A stretch of DNA of 62,916 nt, counting the filler, from Hyphochytrium catenoides (lineage: Eukaryota; Protista; Hyphochytriomycota): NCBI GenBank assembly GCA_900088475.1. It is 18 parts of 18 records of this genome, joined end to end, with 100 filler letters (N's around TTAATTAATTAA, not from the genome) between each part and the next. Parts side by side here need not be neighbours in the genome. Positions count along the whole stretch, not along the records: positions 7,011 to 11,522 come from FLMG01003972.1; positions 11,623 to 13,462 come from FLMG01002450.1; positions 13,563 to 16,230 come from FLMG01004008.1; positions 16,331 to 18,897 come from FLMG01004559.1; positions 18,998 to 26,370 come from FLMG01004630.1; 13 more parts are not named here. The stretch is one strand, 5' to 3'. A program made the translations under genes and the position numbers. Position 1 is the stretch's first letter; each line of letters starts with the position of its first letter. This document shows, piece by piece, positions 11,342 to 22,337 of this stretch. Below the pieces are notes generated by a model that worked only from the letters and a program-made list of their open reading frames with translations, did not search any database and had not been told where the DNA came from.

Positions 11342-11622
11342 AAAGCAAGAATAGAGAGACAGAAAGATAGAAGAGAAAGGGCATTATAGAAGGAGGGCGA
11401 GAGAGAGAAAGAGAGAGAGAACGAGAAAGAGAGAGAGAACGAAAGGAGAGAGAGAGAGAAAGACAGAGACACGAGAGAGACAAAGAGAGACACGCGAGAG
11501 ACAGAGAGAGAGAGAGAGAGAGNNNNNNNNNNNNNNNNNNNNNNNNNNNNNNNNNNNNNNNNNNNNTTAATTAATTAANNNNNNNNNNNNNNNNNNNNNN
11601 NNNNNNNNNNNNNNNNNNNNNN

Positions 11623-13110
11623 TCTTTGGCATTGCATGAGGAAACTGTCCGCATGATAGTTTCCAGTTTACTGCCTTCAGCGCCTTCATTGCCGCCTTTC
11701 AACTCTCTCTCTCCTCTCTCTCTCCCCTGTTCTCTTCTTCTCTTCTCCTCTCTTTTTAATTTCTGCTTCTTCTCTTCCTCCTGCCGCTGAGCCAGCTCCT
11801 TCTCCAGCTCAGGAGGATCTACACTATTTTCTCTCTCGGATTATTGGAGAGGAAGACGAGTTCCCTGCCTCTCTCTTCTTCTCTCAACCTCCTCTCTCTC
11901 TTTCTCTCTCGTCCCTTCTGCTGTGTCTCTCTCTTTCTCTTCTTTCCTGTCTCCCTCTCTCTGTCTGTTGTTTCTCTGGTCGTCCCCTCTTTCTGTCTCT
12001 CTCTCTCTCCTGTCTCTCTCTCTCTCTCTCGCTCTCACTCTCTTTCTCTCCTCTCTCTCTCTCTTGCTCTCTCTGTGTCTCTGTGTGTCTTTCCTCCCTC
12101 TTCTCTCTCCTCCGTCTCTCTCTCACCCGTCTTCTCTTCTCTCTCTCCCTCTTTCTCTCTCGGTTGTGGTGCGTGGGTCGACTCCTCAGTGTCCCTCATT
12201 CTATGCTGTACTCCGTCTGCCACTTGAAGAAGTCCTCTCTCCTCTTTTCTTGTCTTTCCTCTCTCTCTCCTCCTCCGGTCTCTCTCTCAGTCCCTCTTCT
12301 TTTTCGCTGTCTCTCTTTCTCTTCTTCTTCCTTTCTTTTTGCTTTTTCCTTCGGTCGTTCTCTTCTTTATTGAGGAGGCAAAAGATAGACGTTGAGCAGA
12401 AGAGAAGAGTCACAAGGATCGGAGAGAAAAGAGAGAGATCATCAGGCTCATCCACTTCCTCTTTTTCTTTATCTCCTTGTTTCCTTTTGTAATTGTTGTG
12501 CCGCTCTCATTCCTTTTTTCTCTCTCTCGTTATCCTCTCTTCTTGTCTTCGTTCCTCTAAATATTTTCATTTTCCGCTGCTCTTCATCTCTTCTTCATTA
12601 AGTAGTAGTTTGAGAAAGAAGAGAAAGAGAGAGAGAGAGAGTGAGAGAGAGAAAAAGAGAGACAGCACAGGGAGAGAGAGAAAGAGAGAGAAAGCACGGG
12701 GAGAGAGAGAGGGAGAGAGAGAAAAAAAGAAAAGATGTCAGAGAGAAAAAAAGCCAATGCAGAACACAAAGTTGATGATGAAAGCCAAATGCAGAGCACA
12801 AAGTTGATCGTTAAAAAAGTGGACAGAGAGAGAAAGAGAGAGAGAGAGACGAGAGAGAGTCCGGGAGAGAGAGAGAGAGAATCCGGGAGAGAGAGAGAAT
12901 CATGCGGGAGAGAGAGAGAATTATGCGGGAGAGAGAGAGAAGAGAGATCAGAGAGAAAAGAAGCCAATGGGAACACAAAGCCAATGAAAAGGCTGCAGTA
13001 TCTCTCTCTCTCTCTCACTCACTTTGTCTTCTTTCTTCCCTCTTTCGGCTATCCCAATTGCTCTTTCTCTCTCTCTCTCTCTCTCTTCTCTTTCCTTCTT
13101 GTCTTGCAAC
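11623..13110. repeat. Dense (CT)n/(AG)n microsatellite region, representative of many such tracts across the window
   Basis: Nearly continuous CT/AG dinucleotide runs. Similar tracts occur at 22.2-25.1, 27.7-31, 45.6-49, 50.2-52.7 and 58-62.9 kb, and most contig and gap edges fall within them. Confidence 0.97.
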
Positions 13111-16100
13111 AATAAACGGGACTTGGGATGGGCATGAGTCCCTTCCAAAGAAAGTAACGCCTCTCATTCCCTATCTATCCAGATCAGCGATAGCACAGTT
13201 AATTTCTAGATTTATCGTAAATTCCCTACTCAAACATTCAAGATTGCGTCATAGCGCATACAGTGCATTCAGTGGCACAACTAACCCGAGTCAGGCCCGG
13301 TTAAGGTGCACATATCTAAGGCTTAACCTTTAGAGTATTAGGTCATTAACCCGGGTCTATATACGCAGCTCGAGCTCAAATAGTTTGTGAGGTTTCATGT
13401 GAAACGGTCACATTGAGGGTGGCTTGGTCCACCCCGAAGGCTCTCTCTCTCTCTTTCTCTCTNNNNNNNNNNNNNNNNNNNNNNNNNNNNNNNNNNNNNN
13501 NNNNNNTTAATTAATTAANNNNNNNNNNNNNNNNNNNNNNNNNNNNNNNNNNNNNNNNNNNNAGGCTCTCCACAGTGCGGACCTGTGACACATGGCTCCC
13601 AGTAGGCAGGAGGACGCGCCAAGGATTTAGACACAAGGGGAGACCTAAGCGGCTCTTCTTTTGAAAACACTATCTCTTATATCTATCCCTCTCCTTCTCC
13701 ATTGTCTCCATTGCGTTCATTTGTGGGATGACTGAGAAGGATAGGGCTACTCTGTCTCGATAAACTCATCATAATTCATCTTATAACTGCATAACATGAT
13801 CAGCTACCAATGCATTGATCTGCATCAAAGAAGTCCTCAGATCTCTGCCCAACGTCGTCTTTTCGGCGAGTCTTTTCATCTTCCATGGCTGTCTCTTGTC
13901 ATCCGCGGCAGGACTGTTGTTTACACTATTGCACTGTCATGGTCCTGAAGTAGATTATTATTACCACCAAGGCGGTTCATAATCTTTGCCAGGAACCATT
14001 TGGGGCCCCTACAGGCCATACCAAGGCGACAAAATGAACAGGATAACGACGAGCCTCGATGGGTCTTGGCCATCTTCTCTCTAGAACCATGGCAGAGGCA
14101 TATCTCATCTCGAACCTTGCAGCGGAAATTCCTCGATGAGGAAAGTGCCTAGTATCCGATAAGCAGCAGCCAGGAGGAATCTATTCCGTGACGCAGGGGC
14201 AGCAGATGGTAGAAGGAATAAAGGGGCTTGCGTGCCTTGGCCTCTAGCTACCTCACGGTCATCATGGCTTGAGCCTCCTCTTCTACTGAGGTGGCGGCTG
14301 AACAGAGAGACATAGGCTTGGGCCAAGGCAGGGCCCAGCTCTCATCTCAGTATCATTGTCTGACTGAGCGCCATCTTCTCTTTCATCAGCAGCGGGCAGG
14401 TCATGAAAACAGTCTAGTGAAGAACTGCAAGAGCAAGTGATATCTCCAGGCGGGTGGGGGATATGATATGCCTTAGAGATATAGAGCGGGACGGGTGGGT
14501 GTCTGTGTAGAAGAGAGGTTCTGAATCCTTGCCCCTAGAGAGAGAGGAACGCTACAATAGGATATTAATGGCCTGCTCTGCCTTCGTTCTCAGTCAGTTC
14601 TCTGGGCCGCTGGCGGCAATGGCATTGACACTTCTTTGGCGCGTTTTTTGGAGCTCTGTCTTCTCAGCTGTTCCATGCATCTTCGCAAGGGCCTCATGGT
14701 GGGCCCATCGTCGTCTGGATCCTCAGGTTTTTCATTGGTGGGAATGACTATTTGACGATGGATGGTCTCACGCTTCGAAATCATTCTTGAGTTGTCTCCT
14801 TGCAGGTCGTGGGCGTTGGGATGAATGGGGTTGCGGTGAGCGCACTGAGAGAGAGAGACAGAGCAGTGTCGTGGAGGACCTTCACTCCCACGCTCTCACC
14901 ACCATGCATTCTACTTTTCTGCTTAGTGTTCTTACTTAGCTCTATGCATGGAGTAGCGTTTTTCAGCTCGTCTTTGGGCTTCGCTCGAGGGACCAGTCGC
15001 AGGGAACAATTGATCTTCATCTTCCATCTTGTTCCCTAAGGCTCTATTTCTGAAGGGCTATAAGAACAATGGTGAACTTCATCTTTGCCTCATCACATCC
15101 TCTAGCATCCCCGCTATCATCGTCCTGTCCTCCCAAATGTCCTTGGTCATCTCCTTCCACAAAAGCAAATTATCCAGCTTCCGACGAAGAGGTTCAGGCC
15201 CAACAAGTTAGAGTAAGTCAGAGATAATTAGCAGTGAGAAGGGTTGAGAGGTATCTCAGAGTAACATCTTGCGCCTTTGGGCTTGACCTTTGTCATTTCG
15301 TTCTCCAAAATGGGCTTAGCCAAAGCACTTTGTGCCATAACAATCTTGCTCTCGCAAAACGGTCATTTCATATGGGAGGAGGACGCTGACGCTGCGACCG
15401 CGATGCTGCTGGATTGGCTCAACAGATTTGAGGGCCGTTAAGGAGTCTAAAACGTGCAGAGGGGGGGTCACAACTACTTCCGCATGCTAATACAGCCTTA
15501 TAAAAAAAAGACGAATCAATATTCTTATTAAGGCCAAGAACTGAATAGCATGTCAATAAAGACACCGTTACCTTTCATCCTTTAGACACACCACGCGTAG
15601 CATAACATAATATTCACTGATCTCTCCGGTCCTCTAAAGCTCAGAAGCTCAAGCAGTCCTTCAGCCCATGCCGATAATAGAGACGCGCGGCGTTATGTCT
15701 TCAACTATAAAAGAGAAAGAAAGATCACCTGGATTAGCAAAGTCATGATAGAAATATTGCAGTTGAAGCTTTGCAAGTGAAACAAACAGCAATGGGTTGT
15801 AACATTATAGGCCTTTTTTTAATAACAGGTTTCTCGTGAACTATTTCACTTGAAACTTACTAGTCAGATTCACAGTTGTGCAGATGTAACGGATGCAGGA
15901 GAAATAGGAGGCGATTATAAAAGTAAAGAGAAAGAGACAGAGTGCGGGACAGTGGAGGCTATAAGAAAGGGAAGAAGAGTTGGATGAGAGAAGAAGAGTT
16001 GGATGATTTGCCACTCTCTCGCAGCGCGATACAACAAATGATGGAGACGGTGCTTTTGCAAGGTGCGGCGCCTGGCAGAGCTTTGGATCAATATCTGCTG

Positions 16101-16392
16101 CAGCTGAGCTTCTTGGGCAGCTTGTTCGCGTCTGATAGCTGCTGTGATGATGGTCAGACCCAACCCATCTCGCTCTATGGGCTAGTTATTACACTGCTGA
16201 ATCTGTCGTCTGCCATCTGGCATTTTATCANNNNNNNNNNNNNNNNNNNNNNNNNNNNNNNNNNNNNNNNNNNNTTAATTAATTAANNNNNNNNNNNNNN
16301 NNNNNNNNNNNNNNNNNNNNNNNNNNNNNNGAGTCGCGTGACATGTCACCTTCACCCTCAGCTCCTACAGCAAAAAAACAGGATTGTAGGTG

Positions 16393-16620
16393 ATGCCTCT
16401 CAGGTAATATGAGGTTACAACACAAATTCGCGTAGAAGCACGCGATGTGTCTCGGTTATAGTGATACGTCTTGCGATACAAATTCGATTTATGTTCTTAG
16501 AAACCCTTTCGCTCCTTCTCTGACCCCTTTTCTATCTCCAAAGTACACAAACATTGATTCGAACCCAAAGAAAAAGCCCAAACAGTGATTAGTAAAATTG
16601 CAAATAGTGAAATTTTGCTC

Positions 16621-16651
<31 letters not shown>

Positions 16652-16738
16652 CACACACAGACAACACAAAAAAGTCCATTTGTGCTGAAGCCCCTGTGGG
16701 TTGAAATTGAGGCTCGCCCTTCTTCGGGCTCGCAATAA
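16393..16738 (-). mobile_element. Non-autonomous Helentron/DINE-1-like element, left arm of an inverted pair
   Basis: Reverse-complement homolog of 17158-17477. It has a terminal hairpin region TTATTGCGAGCCCGAA(GAA)GGGCGAGCCTCAAT followed by a (GTCT)n microsatellite. The repeat itself is certain and the family call is inferred from architecture. Confidence 0.55.
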
Positions 16739-16853
16739 ACAGGGACATTTCGTTTGCTTCATATTTCGGCTTCTACTGGGAGTTTAGAGCTGAAACTTGG
16801 GTAGTTAAGCTTGCTAGCTTGTAGTCCACATAGCTGTGCCCTCAGACTCCACC

Positions 16854-17147
16854 ACTCTCCTCCAGGATCAAGACCAAGACCATCCCTGGAGTATCCAACT
16901 CCGTGAGTTAATTCGACCCTCACCACTGATGATCCGGAGAAGCTAGGTATGAGGGGGAGTATTGAGTGCTACAATGTTCGTTATCAGTAGTACAGTAGTC
17001 ACACTCTATACACACCTAGGGCTTGCCCGACGTTAATAGTGCGTAAACCAGCCTTCGGCTGCATTATTAGTGGAAGATGCTTGTTGGACCACTGGTTTAG
17101 TCGTACAAGTTCTTGTACTCGTAACACTAACTTGTAGGGTCATTTCA
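16854..17147 (+). mobile_element. 3' end of a small Copia-derived element: UTR-type repeat, polypurine tract and ~188-bp LTR
   Basis: 16854-16901 is identical over 48 bp to 17752-17799. GAGGGGGAG (16951-16959) is immediately followed by TATTGAG (TGTTGAG-like LTR start), and the segment ends ...CATTTCA at 17147. Confidence 0.6.
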
Positions 17148-17157
17148 TCTATCGATA

Positions 17158-17477
17158 TTATTGCGAGCCCGAAGGGCGAGCCTCAATTTCAACCCACAGG
17201 GGCTTCAGCACAAATGGACTTTTTCGTGTTGTCTGTGTGTCTGTCTGTGTGTTCGTGATCAAAATTTCACTATTTGGTTTTTCACTAATCACTGTCTGGG
17301 CTTTTTCTTTGGGTTGGCTCTTTGTGTACTTTGGTGATATGAAAGGGGTCAGAGATAAAGCGAAAGGGCTTTTATGAACATAACTCGAATTTATAATGCG
17401 AGACGTATCACCATAAACAGAGACCACTTCGCGTGCGTCCACGCGAATGTTGTACCCTCATTTTACCTGAGACGCAT
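17158..17477 (+). mobile_element. Non-autonomous Helentron/DINE-1-like element, right arm, interrupted by a Copia insertion
   Basis: TTATTGCGAGCCCGAAGGGCGAGCCTCAATTTCAACCCACAGGGG...GTCTGTGTGTCTGTCTG... Homology to the left arm stops exactly where TGTTGAG begins (17478). Confidence 0.55.
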
Positions 17478-18897
17478 TGTTGAGAGCAGAAGCTGACAAG
17501 AGTTCTAAAAGGCTCACAGTTCCAGACTCTATCTGACAAGAGGAAGAAGACACAAAACAAAGTGTTTCAGAGTTATGATAACTAGATTATTATCATTAGG
17601 TAAGTCATCGTACGACGACAAGGAGTAGTAACTGGGTCTGGTAGTTTATACGAGACACAGTTACTCTCCAGACCAACTAGACAACGTGATAACTAGGAAA
17701 CAGGGTCCCATAAGCTCTTCATACTCACTTCGAGCATATCAGTAGACCACAACTCTCCTCCAGGATCAAGACCAAGACCATCCCTGGAGTATCCAACTCT
17801 CCTCCAGGATCGGGACCCGAAGACCACCACTCCTCCAGGATCAAGACCAAGACCACCCCTGGAGTATCCAACTCTCCTCCAGGAATCCGAACCCGAAGAC
17901 CATTGCCGTTACCATCCCCAGTTGTGAACCACACTCAACGATTGAATTTACCAGCTTTGTGTCAATTATCGCCAACTTTCTGTCAATTATCCCGATATTT
18001 GACAGAATATTTGACAGTAATTGACCATATTTGACACTTTTGTGAATTGACAACCAAAAGCTCTTAATTAACAGAATCGTGTCAACTAGACCAGACAGCG
18101 GCGTGAAATATACCTTATTTGACACCAGTTGGAGCACCATTTTTGACATTTTGTCGAAAAGATTGTCAAAAATTACCGGAATACCCAGTTTTTCACGGAG
18201 ATCACGACCCTGCAATCAAAACTCCCGTATCCCGTCTTCCAGAGAAAATGGACTCTCAAACCTCAGGAACTCTATCCATCAACAAGCTTCAAGGACGAGA
18301 CGACTACCCTATCTGGAGTGTCAAAATGGAAGCCTATCTGGACGAGCTAGGTCTACTGGACCACATTACGGATCCGGAACCCTCTGGAGCCTCTTCAGCG
18401 GACATTAAAAAGGAGGACAAGAAAACTGCAGGACGTGAACAGGACTCAAAATGGCTCAGGGATGACAAGAAAGCCTACAACAAGATTGTCCTTGCCGTGT
18501 CCGACAACCTCCTGCGCTTCTTACCAAGGAAGGGAACTGCCAGGGAGGCATGGTTGAAATTGCAAGAGGAGTTCGAGAGCCGCAATGTCAACAATATGGT
18601 GAAAACCCTCATCTCTTTCTTCCTTACCAACAAACATAGGGATGGAGATGATCTAAGAACCTTCCTGAATGAGCAACGCAGACAATGCGATTTGCTCAAA
18701 GAGATGACAAGCTCCTCATTGCATCCAACCTAATGGGGTCGCCAGTATCATTTCGAGGCACTGTGGAAGCAATTCAGGTCCGCGGCACTGGCACTCTGAC
18801 TGCTGATCAAGTGAAAGAGATTCTCATCAATGAGATTAATCGCCGTAGAGCTCTGTAGCTGCGCAGCAGGAGGCTACTACTGGTGAAAGAGGAGCTT
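17478..18897 (+). mobile_element. Ty1/Copia element 5' part: LTR (starts TGTTGAG), 5' UTR with ~77-bp tandem duplication, and gag
   Basis: TGTTG LTR start at the break in the DINE-like arm, tandem UTR repeats at ~17745-17900, and a gag ORF downstream. Confidence 0.85.
18248..18858 (+). pseudogene. Copia gag (UBN2-type), frameshifted
   Basis: MDSQTSGTLSINKLQGRDDYPIWSVKMEAYLDELGLLDHI...DKKAYNKIVLAVSD...TAREAWLKLQEEF. The frame stops at 18733 and continues in another frame (LMGSPVSFRGTVEAIQ...LTADQVKEILINE). Confidence 0.85.
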
Positions 18898-18997
18898 NNN
18901 NNNNNNNNNNNNNNNNNNNNNNNNNNNNNNNNNNNNNNNNNTTAATTAATTAANNNNNNNNNNNNNNNNNNNNNNNNNNNNNNNNNNNNNNNNNNNN

Positions 18998-20208
18998 CTC
19001 TGGACTGCGGCTCCACCTCTCCTCCCTCGTCGGATTTGCTGCAGTTGTTGCTGTTGCTGTAGAACATCCTCGCGAATTGCCCGTGGCAAAGGAAGGCGAC
19101 TGCGCACCATCGGTGCATTTACAGCGCTGGATATGTGTTGATAGTCCTCCTCTCATAGATGAAACTAAAGAGAGAAGAAGAAGACAAACCCCCTCCTCCG
19201 CACCTGCCTGTCGCGAACTGCTCTAATCCAGTGGCGGAGCGTTGGTTGCGTGGACTTCCGTGGTAGCTCCACCAAATGTCTTTCCAGACCAGCGGGACGA
19301 AACCATATCCTGCTGCCGCACATTCCTCCGCGTAACGAGCGAGCTTGGCATCATGACTTAATCTAGCAACGTAGCCAGCCTCGAGCGCTGCATGGTGAAT
19401 GTATGTCTGTTGCAGCGGCTCGCGGATGGTTACGTCGAAACATGTCGATATCTTGCCCGGTTCGTAGCCCTCAATGGTCAAGTCACCAGGGCGTTTCCCA
19501 TTAGCCAATACCCGATCAGCAGGCTCAGGGCGAGCTACCATGGCTGCAGATCTTGCTATGGCTACCAGCAAATTGCGCAAGCCATCATGTCGCACGCTCT
19601 GGTTGTCTCTTCCCGTCCTACAAACCACAGCATGGTCACCATAAAGATCAAATGGAGCTTGACAAAGTCTGCAAATGTCAGGCTGATCCAAGAGAGGGAT
19701 TCCAAGTTATCTTCGAAGCATAATCCTAAATAGACCTGAGTCTTGCACCCGCTGATGTAAGGCAGGGATGGGGCGCGCAGCATGGACAAAGGCTCCGGCG
19801 TGACTCATGCCTACAGCTAAAAGACGAGCTTTGTTTCTGAGCGATGCCTGTGCCAGCAACCGATGTTGAAGAGCCCGCCACACGTATTTTGAGAGTAGTT
19901 TCTGAAGGTTCGGGACATGTATCAGGGCGGCAGCAGCATGATCACTTTGTGTCTCGTGATTGTGTCGGGCAAGGAGTTCGAGAACATCGTCTGGGACAAA
20001 GTCCTGCCTAGATCGCTTAAGTAGGGCGGCCGTCAAAGATGCGGTCTGCAAAGAAGAGCCAATGAATGCCGCTTTGTGGATATACGTTGAGTGGGATACT
20101 CCCAGTCCACCATGACGAGTAGGCAGAGAGGTCGGCATCCAAACGTCTTCTGGTATCGCTGGCGTGCGCAGTACATCGCGGAGCACCTCAAGTAGACGAA
20201 GATCACCT
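18998..20208 (-). mobile_element. CRE-type non-LTR retrotransposon 3' part (post-RT thumb region, CCHC knuckle, restriction-like endonuclease), degenerate
   Basis: LPTRHGGLGV, KARLLAVGMSHAGAF, FRIMLRR*LGIP, CRLC...DLYGDHAVVC, RHDGLRN, KRPGDL, CFDVTI, AKLARYAEEC, FVPLV and LSTHIQRC. In-frame stops and frameshifts are present. Confidence 0.88.
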
Positions 20209-20209
20209 A

Positions 20210-20850
20210 TGAAAAACTACTACTATCGCTACTAACAGACTAATTCTAAAAGAAGAAGAAAGTGAAGAAGAAGAAGAAGAGACAGAAGAAGAGAAGAAAA
20301 GCTAAGAAGCCTTAGGCTCTTCCATCATCTCAGCTCGAACCTGCTCCCTGCTCATCATCATCAGTAAAAGAAGAATCATAGTTGATTTCCTCAGTAATGA
20401 TGAGCGGAGAAGAAGGAGGAGGAGGAGGTGAACCACCAGCAACCATGTCATCACCAGCAACCATCATGTCGACACCGTCGAGCTCAGCCGTCGCGAGACA
20501 AGCAAGAGAAGGGTCCAGCAGTTCAGGAGAAGGAATGCGCTTTTTTATCATAAGAAAAAAGATCTGAAGTGTCTGCCCCCTCAGCCTCTAGCTTGCCTGG
20601 TCGAGTGTGATGATGGTCTCGGGGCTGCGTCTCCTCCTTCTTCTGTCCCTCCTTCGCCTCCTTCTCCTACTATTCTTATTGCTGAAGGGTTTAACTATGA
20701 CTCTTCCCTTTCCGATACCGATGGTCAACAAGATGGAGGAGAGCGAGTTGAAGAGACCATTCATAAAGTTGTAGCTCTCGTCTCTTCGTCTTCTTCTCTT
20801 CTTTCTTCTTTAGTTCTTCTTCGCGGTAGTGAATAATAGCTTCTTAGTTC
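20210..20850. mobile_element. Two short CRE 3'-end fragments back-to-back (20210-20560 minus, 20570-20850 plus)
   Basis: Both align by eye to the 3' end of the element at 41340-41690. Shared blocks include CATAGTT, GGAAT(G/A)CGCTT, CCGAGACCATCATCA, GCAAGCTAG, GAGACGAGAGCT and a (TTC)-rich tail. Confidence 0.65.
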
Positions 20851-22286
20851 TCTATATTTATTATAAAAGAGAAGGGAGAAGAAGGAAGCAACTCCATCCA
20901 TCATCATCCCTCAGCCGACCGCTAAGAAGGGCGGCCGGGGAGGTTCAACAGGAAGCGGGAGCTGCGGGGAAAGTGTTGAAGAGGCGACGGAATCGGCCTC
21001 CTCGCTCCTCTCCAATGATCCGGGAAAGGAAAGAGGATTGGTCCTCCGTCCTCACGACCAACCAAAGGAGAAGTAAGTACTCGGAGCAGGAGCTAGCAGC
21101 GGCAGCAGCAAGTGGAGGTGGAGGAGGAGAGAAATAGAGGAAAAAGAAAGGCAAGAGGAGGGACGTAGGGGAAGAGACCTGAGTAGGGTGGAAGGCGGCG
21201 AGGAGGAGGGGCGTAGAAGAAAGAGGGCAACCTGGAAACTGCCATCATAGGGGCCGTCTCCTCATGTTCAGCCTATTTATAAGAAACCAGCTGCCGGTCC
21301 TGGCGGTCTGCCTGTCCGCTGCTAACATTTATGTGGATATTGTAGCAGGGTGCAGGGTGGAGAACCACCTGCTGCCAAGCTTTTTGCTTCTTGATTGGTT
21401 CAAAGATGATGCGACGAGGCAGAGTTCTCTCTTGGACTTGGAGCTGAAACGGGACAAGGAGTCACTATTCTATTTATAGAAGATATGGAAGGAGAACGGC
21501 CAAGTGCTTGCATATTATGGTGCATTTAGACGACGGGCAGAGCAACAATGGCAGCGTAGAAGCTTGGAGGAGCCAGCTGGAGAAGAACAATGAGGGACGA
21601 ACCGTTCAAGGTCAGTCTAGACGTGAGAGAGAAGACGTCGTAGAGAGAGAAAGATCAGTCATAGACGCTCTAGTAGAGAGTAACACAGCAATGGTACTAA
21701 GACTAGGGCGGCGAGGAAGAAGACTATGAGTAGGAGAGTTCGTCATCATAGCGGTGGAGAAGAGGGAAGGAGTGATGAGAAGAAGAAGAGCTTCTTCCCA
21801 TTACATTCTGAACGTCAGTCAGTCTTTTGCTTCCAGCTACAGAGAAGCACCACGCAGTCAATAAGGCAGTTCAGTCTACAAACTCTGCAGAAGAAGAAGA
21901 GGTTTTACTATCTTTTCTGTCGTCTCTTCCCCTAGTGAGCTGTAGCCCCGTGCCTGTTTATCGATCCGTGGCACAGACCGAGTGAGTCTCGCTCGTGGCT
22001 CGTTCTTCTGCTTCAGGGTCTGCGTCATCTTGGGAAGATGCCGTCCTTGAAGAGTCTCTAGCATTCTTCTTGATTAGAGCTGCCTGTCCAGCTTGGGTCC
22101 ACTCTGTCTTACAGGCGTTCCTCCTTTTTCGCCTAATACTGGGCTGTGTCTATCCTCCCGGGGCTCGAGAGAGAGGAAGAATTACTTTTTCTTCCTATTT
22201 CTCTCTCTTTCTCTCTCTCTCTCTGTCGCACTGCCTCTCTGCCTCTCATTCACTAAGATTCTCTCTCAATGTTCTTGCTTTACTTC

Positions 22287-22337
<51 letters not shown>

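Noticed and set aside
11841-13333. Many overlapping 60-190 aa ORFs rich in SL or RE (also at 22-25, 45.6-47.7, 50-52 and 61.5-62.9 kb)
   Set aside because: They are translations of (CT)n/(AG)n microsatellites, which lack stop codons.
17070-17258. Two small ORFs sharing the peptide GEPQFQPTGASAQMDFFVLSVC (also 16497-16748)
   Set aside because: This is a by-product of the DNA inverted repeat, with no evidence of coding.
2995-18897. Copia pol (2995-4294) and Copia gag (18248-18858) as two parts of one element
   Set aside because: They are on different contigs with no overlapping sequence, so they cannot be linked.
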